Part shown: positions 1 to 9,237 of the stretch, one piece after another
Numbering within the stretch: position 1 is the stretch's first letter
Layout of the letters: each line of letters begins with the position of its first letter
From: Candidatus Marinacidobacterales bacterium
GTDB lineage: Bacteria > Acidobacteriota > Vicinamibacteria > Marinacidobacterales > DATDRI01
DNA length: 64,000 nt
Reading direction: 5' to 3'
NCBI GenBank assembly: GCA_965219415.1
Contig: CBDCNP010000002.1
Span: 1,088,001-1,152,000 of the forward strand
Notes under the pieces: model-generated
Told to the model about the DNA's origin: nothing
Databases searched by the model: none
Seen by the model: only the letters and a program-made list of their open reading frames with translations
Program-made: the position numbers and the translations under genes

Positions 1-485
1 CGTATCCGAGAGACGTAGAGCGAATCCTCGAGACCCCTATGCGACCAGGACGCGCCACCGTCCGTCGACTTGTACATTCCCTCGCCCCAGTACGACCCGT
101 TGCCCGTCCCGACCCATAGGGTGTTCGGGTCGTAATGCGAGACCGCAACGTCGCCGATCGCGTTGATGTTCTCGTGATCGAAGAGCGGCTCCCAAGTGAG
201 GCCGTTGTCGGTGGTCTTCCACAGGCCACCGTTCGAGGCGGCCGCGTAAAAAGTGAACGGCTGCTTTTCGAGATCGGGCACGCCGAAGTCCATGATCCTT
301 CCACCTTGCTTGGTCGGACCAATCGAACGGAAGTGGATCCCGTCGAGAACGTTGGCCGGAACCTGCGACGCGGTGATACCCGACTCGCTCGTGGCATCCA
401 CTTCGCCGGCAGTGCCGGCCCACGCGGTGGAAGATGTCAGCAGCACGATGACCACCAGGAGACAAAGAAGATTCGATGTCCTCAT
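1..485 (-). CDS. VPS10/BNR-repeat (Asp-box) beta-propeller secreted protein, N-terminal part; runs off the window edge
   Basis: Not in the ORF track. Manual translation from ATG 485: MRTSNLLCLLVVIVLL...FRSIGPTKQGGRIMDF...YAAASNGGLWKTTDNGLTW...GMYKSTDGGASW. It has a signal peptide and Asp-boxes and is a paralog of 52116..54860. Confidence 0.85.
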   Translation of the reverse strand, partial: MRTSNLLCLLVVIVLLTSSTAWAGTAGEVDATSESGITASQVPANVLDGIHFRSIGPTKQGGRIMDFGVPDLEKQPFTFYAAASNGGLWKTTDNGLTWEPLFDHENINAIGDVAVSHYDPNTLWVGTGNGSYWGEGMYKSTDGGASWSHRGLEDSLYVSRI

Positions 486-501
486 GTTAGTCTGTTCCTT
501 T

Positions 502-1036
502 CTAGGGACGACCCAGCCGTTCGCGAGCGCGGCTGTCGGGGTCCAGCTCGACCGCCCTCTTGTAGTGGCGGCTCGCGTCCGCAGCCCGATCGGCCATTTC
601 CAGGGCGATACCGAGATGCAGGTGCGCACGAGCAGAGGATTCATCGAAGCGCACCGCGTTCTCGCAATGGGCGAGACTATCTTCGACTCGCCCAAGCTGC
701 AACAGCGCCGCGCACCAGTCGGCCTCCAAAGAAGAGCTCGTCGGGTCGAGCCGACTAGCTTCAGCGAAAGCCCCGAGCGCATCTTCCAATTGTCCGTTCC
801 GCGCCAAGCTCGAACCGATCGCCTGCAGGTCCTCGGCATCGTCGGACGCGGCTCTGGCGAGCCGCAACTGCTCCACGCCCTCTGGGTTACGGCCGCGCTC
901 GAGCATCAACTCTCCTAGCTGCCAGTGCGACAGCGCGTGATCGCTCATCGCGATAGCCTTCTCGAAGTACCGGACGGCCTCCTCGTACGTCCCGGCTCGT
1001 TTGTGACTGAGTCCGAGGAAGTAGTAGTTGGAGGTG
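502..1036. repeat. Imperfect direct repeat of about 530 bp (TPR tail), copy 1; copy 2 at about 2710-3246
   Basis: DNA and protein are visibly near-identical, e.g. ASRLDPTSSSLEADWCAALLQLGRVE.SL.HCENAVRFD.SSARAHLHLGIALEM in both genes. Confidence 0.92.
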
Positions 1037-2646
1037 ATGTAACCCTCGGTGAGATCCGCGCGAGCTTCAGAGGATTCTGGCGCGAGATCCAACGCCAACT
1101 CCAATTCGCCGATGGCACGTGGATAGTCTCCTTTGTCCAAGTAGGCCTGCCCCAAACGGTAGTGGACCAACCGGTGCGTCGGGAGCTTCCTGGCGAGCGG
1201 CGCAAAGATGGCAATGGCCTCCTCCGACTTGACGGAGTCGAAGACCTCCATCGCCGCCGTGAGCTCGCGATAGTCTCCGATGCGATCCTTGGGGTCGATC
1301 GCACCTAGGGCGCGGCTCGAGCCCGCTTGTTGTGGTGCGGCCACATAACCGAGGCTCTGTAACTTGCGCATCGTCTCGGCATCGACGTTTACGCGCTCGA
1401 GCTCACCGTCTCCTCGCTGAAGCTCTTCTTCGAGCCGATCCAATCGGCCTTTCAGCTGAAGAGCAATAGTCTCTTTGTCGGAAACAAGATTCTTCATCTC
1501 TCCGGGATCTGCGCCGAGGTCGTAGAGCTCGGGACGCGGCGCCTCGATGTACTTGAACCCTCGCTCGCGGATCGCCCTGAGCTCGCCCCAACCAAACTGA
1601 AGATGAGCGACCAGGGACTCCGAGTAGGCGGGTAGGTGCTCCCTCCTGCCTTCCGTGAGCCAGGGTGCCAAGCTCGTTCCTTGCATCCCCTCCCATTGCT
1701 CTTTGGGAATTCCCAGCAGTTCGAGCGCGGTGGGCGCCAAGTCCGCGAGCCGCACCTGTTCCTCGATGACTGCCCCGGGGGCAAGAACACCGGGCAGCCG
1801 CGCCAGAAACGGAACCTTTAGCGTCGCGTCATAGATGAACCACGAGTGATACGCCTCGCCGTGCTCACCGAGCGATTCGCCGTGATCTCCGACTACCATT
1901 ACGAGAGTATTCTCTTTCGCCCCGAGTGTATCGAGCCGATCCAGGATCTCCCCGACGACCGCGTCGGTATAGGCGACCTCACCGTCGTAGGGACGCTCGG
2001 CGAAACGACTCCCGTAAGGCTCCGGGGCTTCAAAAGGCGCATGTGGATCATACAGATGCACCCAAAGAAAGAACGGACTCTCCCGCTCACGGGATAGCCA
2101 TTCTAGGGCGTGCTCGGCGGTCTCTCCCCCGACGCGCTGCACCACGGCCAGCCGACCCATACCCTGACGTGAAGCAGTAGCATCTTCGTCGAAATCGAAA
2201 TAGGTGTCGAAGCCTTGGGCTAATCCGAAGCGGGAATCGACGACGAAACTCGAAACGAACGCCGCCGTGTCGTAGCCTGCGCCTTTCAACAGCTCCGTCA
2301 ACGTGACGTGGTCGTCGGACAGCAGAAACGTTCCGTTGTCGCGGACGCCGTGTGCTTGGGGAAAGAGGCCAGTAAGAATCGTCGCGTGTGAGGGAAGCGT
2401 CGACGGAACGGGACTGATCGCTTCTTCGAACCGAACACTTTCGGAAGCCAGCCGATCGAGGTGCGGTGTCTCCGCTTGAGGATAGCCGTAGCAGCCGAGC
2501 CGATCGGCGCGCAGCGTATCCAACGTCAGAAGCAAAAGATTGAAGAGTCCGCTCGGAGCCTTGGGTCCACGACAACCTGCCCAGCCTGTCAGGTTCGCCA
2601 GCCCCACTAGCATGCAGACCCCAAACCATGTCACCCGTCTCGTCAT
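502..2646 (-). CDS. Sulfatase-like (alkaline phosphatase superfamily) hydrolase/transferase with C-terminal TPR repeats, probable lipoprotein
   Basis: Motifs LLTLDTLRAD, TLPSHATILTG, HLYDPH, GDHGE and LQSLGY, then TPRs; lipobox-like WAGC. Confidence 0.88.
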   Translation of the reverse strand: MTRRVTWFGVCMLVGLANLTGWAGCRGPKAPSGLFNLLLLTLDTLRADRLGCYGYPQAETPHLDRLASESVRFEEAISPVPSTLPSHATILTGLFPQAHGVRDNGTFLLSDDHVTLTELLKGAGYDTAAFVSSFVVDSRFGLAQGFDTYFDFDEDATASRQGMGRLAVVQRVGGETAEHALEWLSRERESPFFLWVHLYDPHAPFEAPEPYGSRFAERPYDGEVAYTDAVVGEILDRLDTLGAKENTLVMVVGDHGESLGEHGEAYHSWFIYDATLKVPFLARLPGVLAPGAVIEEQVRLADLAPTALELLGIPKEQWEGMQGTSLAPWLTEGRREHLPAYSESLVAHLQFGWGELRAIRERGFKYIEAPRPELYDLGADPGEMKNLVSDKETIALQLKGRLDRLEEELQRGDGELERVNVDAETMRKLQSLGYVAAPQQAGSSRALGAIDPKDRIGDYRELTAAMEVFDSVKSEEAIAIFAPLARKLPTHRLVHYRLGQAYLDKGDYPRAIGELELALDLAPESSEARADLTEGYITSNYYFLGLSHKRAGTYEEAVRYFEKAIAMSDHALSHWQLGELMLERGRNPEGVEQLRLARAASDDAEDLQAIGSSLARNGQLEDALGAFAEASRLDPTSSSLEADWCAALLQLGRVEDSLAHCENAVRFDESSARAHLHLGIALEMADRAADASRHYKRAVELDPDSRARERLGRP

Positions 2647-2709
2647 ACCGAGATCCTGTCCTTTACGAGCGTCTGATTCTCCAGTCTGCCGAGCCTGTCG
2701 CGCCCAAGT

Positions 2710-4101
2710 CTACGGACGAGTCAACCGTTCGCGGGCGCGGCTGTCGGGATCCAACTCGACCGCCCTCTCGTAGTGGCGGCGTGCGTCCGCAGTCCGATCG
2801 ACCATTTCCAGAGCGATGCCGAGATGCAGGTGCGCGCGGGCAGACGAATCGTCGAAGCGCACCGCATTCTCGCAGTGGGAGAGACTTTCTTCGACTCGTC
2901 CGAGCTGTAACAGCGCCGCGCACCAGTCAGCCTCCAAAGACGAGCTCGTCGGGTCGAGTCGACTGGCTCCCGCAAAAGCTTCAATCGCATCCTCCAGCTG
3001 TCCGTGCCCCGCCAGGCTCGCGCCGACCGCCTGCAACTGCTGCGCATCGTTGGCTCCCGCTGCTCTCGCCCGCCGCAGGTGCTCCAGACCCTCTGCCCTA
3101 CGACCGCGCTCGATCATCAACTCTCCTAGCTGCCAGTGAGAGAGGCCATGATCGCTCATGGCGATGGCCTTCGCGAAGTACCGGATGGCTTCCTCGTACC
3201 TCCCGGCTTTCTTGTGACTGACTCCTAGGAAGTAGTTGTTGGGGGCGCTCGGATTCACCTCGTCCTTGATCTGGAAGAGTGCGATGGCTTCATCGAGGCG
3301 CCCTTCCTTGAGGGCCCTCTGGCCACGCTTGCTGGCCAGGGTGCTACTCACGCCCAGCGAGGTAACCTCGAAGCGCACGGGATCGGGGAGGCTGATATCG
3401 GGAACCAAGCGGCGCGCCACGTCGGCGGCTGACCGCGCTCGCTCGGTCTGGCCGAGGCGCGCGTAGGCCTGGGCCAGCGTCGAATGGATGGCGCCGTCGC
3501 TCGGATTTAGGGCGACGGCTCGTTCGAGCTCGGTGAGCGCAAGCTCGGTTTCCCCGAGCGCCAAGAGGATCCGGCCGAGCTGTCGCCGGGCAACCGCCAA
3601 CTCGGGATCCAGCTCCAGGGCGCGCTCGAAGGCCCGGCGGGCCTCTGGGTAACGACCGTGCCTCTGAAGGGCGGCGCCCACTAGGTAGTGTAGTGGTGGA
3701 TACCGGGGCTCCGCCTCGGCCGCCTTCTCGAACAACCTAACCACTTCGTCGATATCGCCGGCTTGGCGATCGAGTGTGATCGCGAGGTGGTAGTTCCAGC
3801 GAAAATCATCGGGGGCCAGTTGCAGGGCTCGGCGATAACATCGCAGGGCCTCTGGCATGTAGTTGTGTGCGTCGAATACCATGCCGAGCCTGCCCCAAGC
3901 CATCGCGGAGTCGGTATCGGAAGCCACCACCTCTGTCGCTTCGGAGATGACTTCCAGCACCCTCGCCTCGACGGGCGGCGGGTCGGGAGCCGGGATCGCG
4001 TCATCGGTAGAGACGATTGGCTCCGGTTCCTCTTGCGGCGCATCCTGGCATGCGATGACCATCAAGGCCACCAGCAGCACCCGGAGAGCCGCGTACCTCA
4101 T
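2710..4101 (-). CDS. TPR-repeat lipoprotein
   Basis: Signal peptide with lipobox VIAC, then about 10 TPR motifs. Confidence 0.88.
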   Translation of the reverse strand: MRYAALRVLLVALMVIACQDAPQEEPEPIVSTDDAIPAPDPPPVEARVLEVISEATEVVASDTDSAMAWGRLGMVFDAHNYMPEALRCYRRALQLAPDDFRWNYHLAITLDRQAGDIDEVVRLFEKAAEAEPRYPPLHYLVGAALQRHGRYPEARRAFERALELDPELAVARRQLGRILLALGETELALTELERAVALNPSDGAIHSTLAQAYARLGQTERARSAADVARRLVPDISLPDPVRFEVTSLGVSSTLASKRGQRALKEGRLDEAIALFQIKDEVNPSAPNNYFLGVSHKKAGRYEEAIRYFAKAIAMSDHGLSHWQLGELMIERGRRAEGLEHLRRARAAGANDAQQLQAVGASLAGHGQLEDAIEAFAGASRLDPTSSSLEADWCAALLQLGRVEESLSHCENAVRFDDSSARAHLHLGIALEMVDRTADARRHYERAVELDPDSRARERLTRP

Positions 4102-4346
4102 TCAGACCTACCTTCGCCGCGTCGAACGGTGACGCGGCGGTTGCCGTCACCGCCCGGGAAGCTTTCCTCCAGACCGTCGGGCCATTGTACGCGAAGGCTT
4201 CGGAAACCTCCTTCGAGCGGCAGAGTGAATTGCGCGATGGGTGGACCGCTCGAGAGGTAGCTCCCGGCTCGGCGGATCGCCCGCCAACTCGTCCCTTGCC
4301 CGACTTCCATCGCGACTCGAGCCCCCACGGCGTCCCTCTTCAGGCG
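4047..4346. repeat. Direct repeat of about 300 bp, copy 1; copy 2 at 7433-7731 (3' end of a CRTAC1 gene plus the start of the TPR gene)
   Basis: gccgcgtacctcattcagacctaccttcgccgcgtcgaacggtgacgcggcgg...cgcgactcgagcccccacggcgtccctcttcaggcg is present at both sites. Confidence 0.92.
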
Positions 4347-4400
4347 AGAATAGCACCGCCTCAAGCAGGTGCTGCTCCGCTTCCTCGAACTTGTTTCGCT
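4098..4400 (-). pseudogene. Chimeric remnant: sulfatase-TPR fragment fused to the ASPIC/UnbV C-terminus of a CRTAC1 gene
   Basis: 4343-4400 matches 9766-9823 (EEAEQHLLEAV.FSPE), and 4098-4346 matches 7483-7731. Confidence 0.75.
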
Positions 4401-4563
4401 CGACAAAGAGCTCCCCCGCCCCCCGCCGTGCACTCTCCAGCCTCATCGCACGGCCTGGAAACCGCCATAACATCATGACCCGCATCGGCGTGCCGTTTCT
4501 ACAGTAGCCTGTGGAACCAGCCACGCGTGTGGTTGTTCTCGTCGTGGCGGCGGGTTCGTCTCT

Positions 4564-6735
4564 TTACGGTAGAAGCCAGAAGTCGTCGACGGCCTCTCGT
4601 ATCTGGACGGTGCGGTCCAGCGGAACGTTGTCGAACGATTGCGTCCGATCCGTGGTCGGCCAATAGACCTCCAAGCGCTCGATGCGCTCCGCGTTTCCGA
4701 GACCGATGAGCTGGCGCCTGATGGAGTTGGCGCCGAACGTACCCCCGCTGTTGACGTACTTGTAGATGGAACGGCTTCCCGCGGAGCCCGAGACGTCGAC
4801 TCGGATGCGGGCTCCGATGGCGGCACGGTTCGACTCCGTTCCGAAGAGCTGGACCACGAGATAACGATGGCCGAATCCGGGATTTTGGTAGAGCGCGTCC
4901 ATGTACTTGTCGCCCGCGAGCGCTCCTCCCATTTGCTCGAAAACGTCCTGGTCGCCGTCGTTATCCACGTCGGCAAATGCGACGCCGTGGCCTTTTTGCA
5001 AGTGACCGAACCCCCCCGCGGTGGTCACGTCGACAAAGCGCCGGCCGTCCTGGTTGCGGTACATCAAGTTCGGCATCAGCGTGTGGTACGGCGGATAACC
5101 GGTTCCCAGATAAAAATCGAGGAAGCCGTCCCCGTCGATGTCTCCGAAATTGGCTCCCATGGGCGCACTCGGCCGCGTCAATCCGCTCGCGGGGGCGACA
5201 TCCACGAACGCGCCGTCGCCGTCCCCGCGATAGAGCCGGGGAAGCTCGGCGTCGAACGGCTCTCCAACATAAGATTGCGTGAGATCCTCGAGGATAGCGT
5301 CGTAGCCCGACACGAAGATGTCGAGGGCGCCATCGTTGTCGTAATCCCAAAACCAGGCGGGGAAGCTCCGGTGGGGTCGAGTGAGGCCGAGCGAATCTGC
5401 GACGTCGGAAAACGTTCCGTCGCGGTTGTTGCGGTACAGGCGGTTGGCGCCACCGAGGTTGGACAAGTAGATGTCGGGATAGCGATCGCGATCGTAATCG
5501 CCGACGGTGACGGCCTTGGTAAACCGGTCATTCGTGACTCCGGCTCGAGGGGCGATGTCGATGAAACGTCCGTCCCCCTGATTGTCGAACAGTTGGCACA
5601 AACCCGTCAGCGCTTCGTTCGCTTCGTTGCCGATGAAGAGGTCGGTATCGCCGTCGTTGTCGAAGTCCGCCCACGACGCCGTCTGCGTGGGCCAATGCGC
5701 CTCGCCCAATCCGGCCTCGAAGGTGACGTCGGTGAACGTGCCGTCACCGTTGTTGCGGAGCAACGAGTTGGGATGCTGTCCGCCCTTACCCAACCACGCG
5801 CCCCGCAACACCAGTACGTCCATGTCGCCATCGTTGTCGTAGTCGGCCTGGACCATGTTGAGGCCGCCGTAAATGCCTATGAGGCCGGAGCTCAGGGTGG
5901 CGTCTGTGAAAGTGCCGTCCTCGTCGTTCAAGAACAACCGGAGTTGTTCGGCCGGGTCGTAGGAGGATACGAGCAAATCCAGGAAACCGTCTTCGTCGAA
6001 GTCTTCGGCGACCACGCTACCGGAAAGCGAGAACGTGGCCACACCCGCTTCGTGGGCGACGTTGGGAAAACGTGGCAATGGCTCGTCGGAGGCGAAGGCA
6101 CTCGGCGGGATGAGATAGTCCTCGGGCACGTCATCCGGGTAGCGGCCAAGCGTCATGTACGCGATGTTCAGGAGCCACCGCGCGGGGTAAGCTCTCGAGC
6201 CCTCCGGGTCGTGCTGCAACACGTCGGTAAAAAACTCAATGGCTCGTTCGGACGGGTCTTTGATGATATGGACACCGCTCCCGCGAATGGGCAAGAGACA
6301 ACTCTCGGGAGCGTGGCGAAGGGCACAGTTCTGGGTCTCACCGTAGCGGAGGTAGGCGACGGCGAGAGCGAATTTCAGCCGACCGAGCCAGTTGGGCGCA
6401 AGATCGCGCTCGAGCCCGGGAAGCAGCGCGTGAGCGCGCTCGAGGGCGTCGATCGCTTCCTGCTCGCGACCGACGTATTGTTCCTCCTCGCCCAGCTTCA
6501 AGTAGGCCTCGAATTGGATGTAGTCGGGAGCGTCGGCTCCCATGGCTTCGACTCGAGCTCGCATCGCCCGGGCTTTGACGTCGCCGAGATAGAGACTTTC
6601 GTTCGGAGTGCGCTCGCTGATCTGCTGCAACAACTCGACCATGCGCGCGTGAGAGTCACCCGGTTCGGGCTTTTGGGCTCGCACGGGACTGGCAGCGAGA
6701 CAGAGCAACGTAAAGCCGTTGAGAAGTAGCCTCAT
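4564..6735 (-). CDS. CRTAC1-family FG-GAP repeat protein with ASPIC/UnbV domain and N-terminal helical/TPR region, secreted
   Basis: Signal peptide, repeated DxDxDGxxD motifs, GHLQKGHG, and C-terminal NRAAIGARI...IGLG...VYWP. Confidence 0.88.
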   Translation of the reverse strand: MRLLLNGFTLLCLAASPVRAQKPEPGDSHARMVELLQQISERTPNESLYLGDVKARAMRARVEAMGADAPDYIQFEAYLKLGEEEQYVGREQEAIDALERAHALLPGLERDLAPNWLGRLKFALAVAYLRYGETQNCALRHAPESCLLPIRGSGVHIIKDPSERAIEFFTDVLQHDPEGSRAYPARWLLNIAYMTLGRYPDDVPEDYLIPPSAFASDEPLPRFPNVAHEAGVATFSLSGSVVAEDFDEDGFLDLLVSSYDPAEQLRLFLNDEDGTFTDATLSSGLIGIYGGLNMVQADYDNDGDMDVLVLRGAWLGKGGQHPNSLLRNNGDGTFTDVTFEAGLGEAHWPTQTASWADFDNDGDTDLFIGNEANEALTGLCQLFDNQGDGRFIDIAPRAGVTNDRFTKAVTVGDYDRDRYPDIYLSNLGGANRLYRNNRDGTFSDVADSLGLTRPHRSFPAWFWDYDNDGALDIFVSGYDAILEDLTQSYVGEPFDAELPRLYRGDGDGAFVDVAPASGLTRPSAPMGANFGDIDGDGFLDFYLGTGYPPYHTLMPNLMYRNQDGRRFVDVTTAGGFGHLQKGHGVAFADVDNDGDQDVFEQMGGALAGDKYMDALYQNPGFGHRYLVVQLFGTESNRAAIGARIRVDVSGSAGSRSIYKYVNSGGTFGANSIRRQLIGLGNAERIERLEVYWPTTDRTQSFDNVPLDRTVQIREAVDDFWLLP

Positions 6736-7486
6736 CGGCTACCGGACTTCTCGGTTTTGCGGCCTTGGCCCTTCTCGAGCGTGACCGTCTGGTCGAGCGC
6801 AACGCCGGGAATAACTTCTTCGGATCCATCGGGCCAGCGTACGCGAATCGAATCCGCGCGTTCGGCGCCGGGAATGCCGAAGTGTGCCTTGGGCTCGTTG
6901 CTTACGAGGTAGCTGAAGGCGGGATCCGCGATGCGGGTATAGCTCTTGCCGGCCGCGGTCACGGTAACGACGGCGTCGTGGGCGTCTCGCTCGAGAGCCG
7001 GATCGTAGGCACACACCATGAGAGACCGGCCCTTTCTCGGCGCGTCGTTTCGGAACAATCGCGCGCGACCGGCGGTGTTCGATACGAGAAAGTCGAAATC
7101 GCCGTCTGCGTCGAGGAAGCCGTCGGAATCGTAGTCGCAAAACGCGACCGAGGCTGTCCATGCATAGTCAGCGATGCCCGCGCCTTTGGTGACGTTGTCG
7201 AACGAACCGTTGCCTCGGTTGCGGTAGAGGGCATCGCGTCCGTAGTTGGCCACGTACACGTCGACGAGGCCGTCGTTGTCGATGTCCCCGATGGCCACCC
7301 CCGTTCCATAGCCGGTGTCTCCCAAACGTAAGGGAGTCAGACCGCCGACATCCTGAAGTTCCGGACTTTGGCCGGCAAATCTTTCATGTAAACCCCCTCC
7401 AGCTCGACGTCCCACGGTAGCGCCGCGACGAGGGCATGCGATGACATCAAGGTCGCCAGTAGCGCCGCGGGGGCCGCGTACCTCAT
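6732..7486 (-). pseudogene. Degenerate, internally deleted CRTAC1/ASPIC-UnbV gene preceded by a decayed copy of the TPR-lipoprotein start
   Basis: GYGTGVAIGDIDNDG...DYDSDGFLD joins directly to ADGDFDFLVSN and the ASPIC domain, skipping the middle FG-GAP repeats. The 5' part is a frameshifted copy of MRYAA... Confidence 0.7.
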
Positions 7487-9237
7487 TCAGACCTACCTTC
7501 GCCGCGTCGAACGGTGACGCGGCGGTCGCCGTCACCGCCGGGGAAGCTTTCCTCCAGACCGTCGGGCCACTGTATGCGAAGGCTTCGGAAACCTCCTTCG
7601 AGCGGCAGAGTGAATTGCGCGATGGGTGGACCGCTCGAGAGGTAGCTCCCGGCTCGGCGGATGGTCCGCCAAATCGTCCGCTGCCCGGCCTCAATCGCGA
7701 CTCGAGCCCCCACGGCGTCCCTCTTCAGGCGCGGATCGTATGCCTGGACCTGGAGCCAGGCGCCCTCGCGGGGCGCATCGTTCCGGAAGATGCGCGGAGC
7801 ACCCTGGACGTTAGCCAACACGAGATCCAGGTCGCCGTCCCGGTCGAGGTCGGCGGCGACGAGCCCGCGCGAGATCTCGACCGGCGCCGTGAACACCCTC
7901 GTCTTCGCCCCCCCTCCTTTGTCGAGCTCGAAGACGCCGTCTCCTCGATTGAGGTAGAAGAGGTTTGGCTCCGCAAGGCGGCTCCAGGGCTCGGGAAGGT
8001 GGGTAACCGGCGCCGTGACCGCCAGGTTCACCCGGCCGTTGGCGACCGCGAGGTCGAGGTCGCCGTCCAGCTCCACGTCGAAGGCGACGACACCGAAACC
8101 CGTGCGGTGCCAGCTCGGTTGCCCAGGAGCCGCGGTGGCGGTCGCGTCGGCGAAACCCGTTCCACCGGGCAACGCCCGGTAAAGCGTGTTCGTCTCCTCA
8201 TCCAAGTGGGTCACAAAGAGGTCGACCCAGCCATCGCCATCGAGGTCTTCGGCGATAACGCCCATCCCTGCTTCGGGCCGACCCATCTCGTTGTAAGCAG
8301 TGCCCAGCATGAGCGCGTCGTCGACGAACTGGCCATTTCGTTGGTTGAGCCAGAGATTGTTGGCGTAACCATCGTTCGCCACGTAGGCGTCCAGCCAGCC
8401 ATCCTGATCGAAGTCCTCGATGACGACACCCAGCCCCGCGGCGAAGACTCTGGCGATGCCGGCCTCCTCGCTGACGTCGACGAAACGGCCTCCCCCCTCG
8501 TTGCGGAGCAGGCGATCGCTGACCGGGCGGAACGAGGCCGGCCCGCAGAACGTGCGCTGACCGCCGCGCGAAGTGCATTTGGTCGTTTCGTTCCACAGGA
8601 CGTACTGAGTGACATAGAGGTCGAGATCGTCATCGCGATCATAGTCGAAGAACGCCGCCGAGGCGGATAGCCCCTCGAAGGTGATGCCGCTGCGCTCGGT
8701 GGCGTCTTCGAATACACCGCGGCCATCGTTGAGGTAGAGGCGATCGGCTCCGAAATTGCTGGCGTAGACGTCGAGATCACCGTCGTTGTCGACGTCTCCG
8801 ATCGCGACTCCCATGCCGTAGCCGCCGTCGCCCAGGCCGGACGCTTCGGTGACGTCCTCGAAGCGACCGTCGGGCGTCTGGCGGTAGAGGCGGTTCACGT
8901 CGGTGGTGCTCGGATCGAGCTTCGGGAGCAAGCCGTTCTGGTTCGTGAAGTAGAGGTCGAGATGATCGTCGCCATCGGCGTCGAAGACGGCCACGCCCCC
9001 GCCCATGGTCTCGGGGAGGTAGAGCTCGCCTGTGCCCCCGGTGGTGTGAACGAAGTCGACGCCTGTCGCCGCCGTCACATCCACGAGCCAGGCATTAGGA
9101 TTCGCGGGATCCACTGCCGTTTCTCGAGTCCAAGGGGATGGAAAGGCTTCTTCGCCGTCCGGTCCTTCGCACCCGGCCATCACCGTCATCGATAGAACAG
9201 CGGCGGCCGCGGCGAGGCGCCGAACGTAACCCGTCAA
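7483..9237 (-). CDS. CRTAC1-family (FG-GAP + ASPIC/UnbV) lipoprotein
   Basis: Lipobox MAGC, PETMGGGVAVFDADGD, GMGVAIGDVDNDGD, SRGLVAADLDRDGD, ASPIC C-terminus. Confidence 0.9.
   Translation of the reverse strand: MTGYVRRLAAAAAVLSMTVMAGCEGPDGEEAFPSPWTRETAVDPANPNAWLVDVTAATGVDFVHTTGGTGELYLPETMGGGVAVFDADGDDHLDLYFTNQNGLLPKLDPSTTDVNRLYRQTPDGRFEDVTEASGLGDGGYGMGVAIGDVDNDGDLDVYASNFGADRLYLNDGRGVFEDATERSGITFEGLSASAAFFDYDRDDDLDLYVTQYVLWNETTKCTSRGGQRTFCGPASFRPVSDRLLRNEGGGRFVDVSEEAGIARVFAAGLGVVIEDFDQDGWLDAYVANDGYANNLWLNQRNGQFVDDALMLGTAYNEMGRPEAGMGVIAEDLDGDGWVDLFVTHLDEETNTLYRALPGGTGFADATATAAPGQPSWHRTGFGVVAFDVELDGDLDLAVANGRVNLAVTAPVTHLPEPWSRLAEPNLFYLNRGDGVFELDKGGGAKTRVFTAPVEISRGLVAADLDRDGDLDLVLANVQGAPRIFRNDAPREGAWLQVQAYDPRLKRDAVGARVAIEAGQRTIWRTIRRAGSYLSSGPPIAQFTLPLEGGFRSLRIQWPDGLEESFPGGDGDRRVTVRRGEGRSE

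Noticed and set aside
4639-8670. Long plus-strand ORFs 4639..6729 and 7441..8670
   Set aside because: They are antisense shadows of the CRTAC1 genes in GC-rich DNA and carry no motifs.
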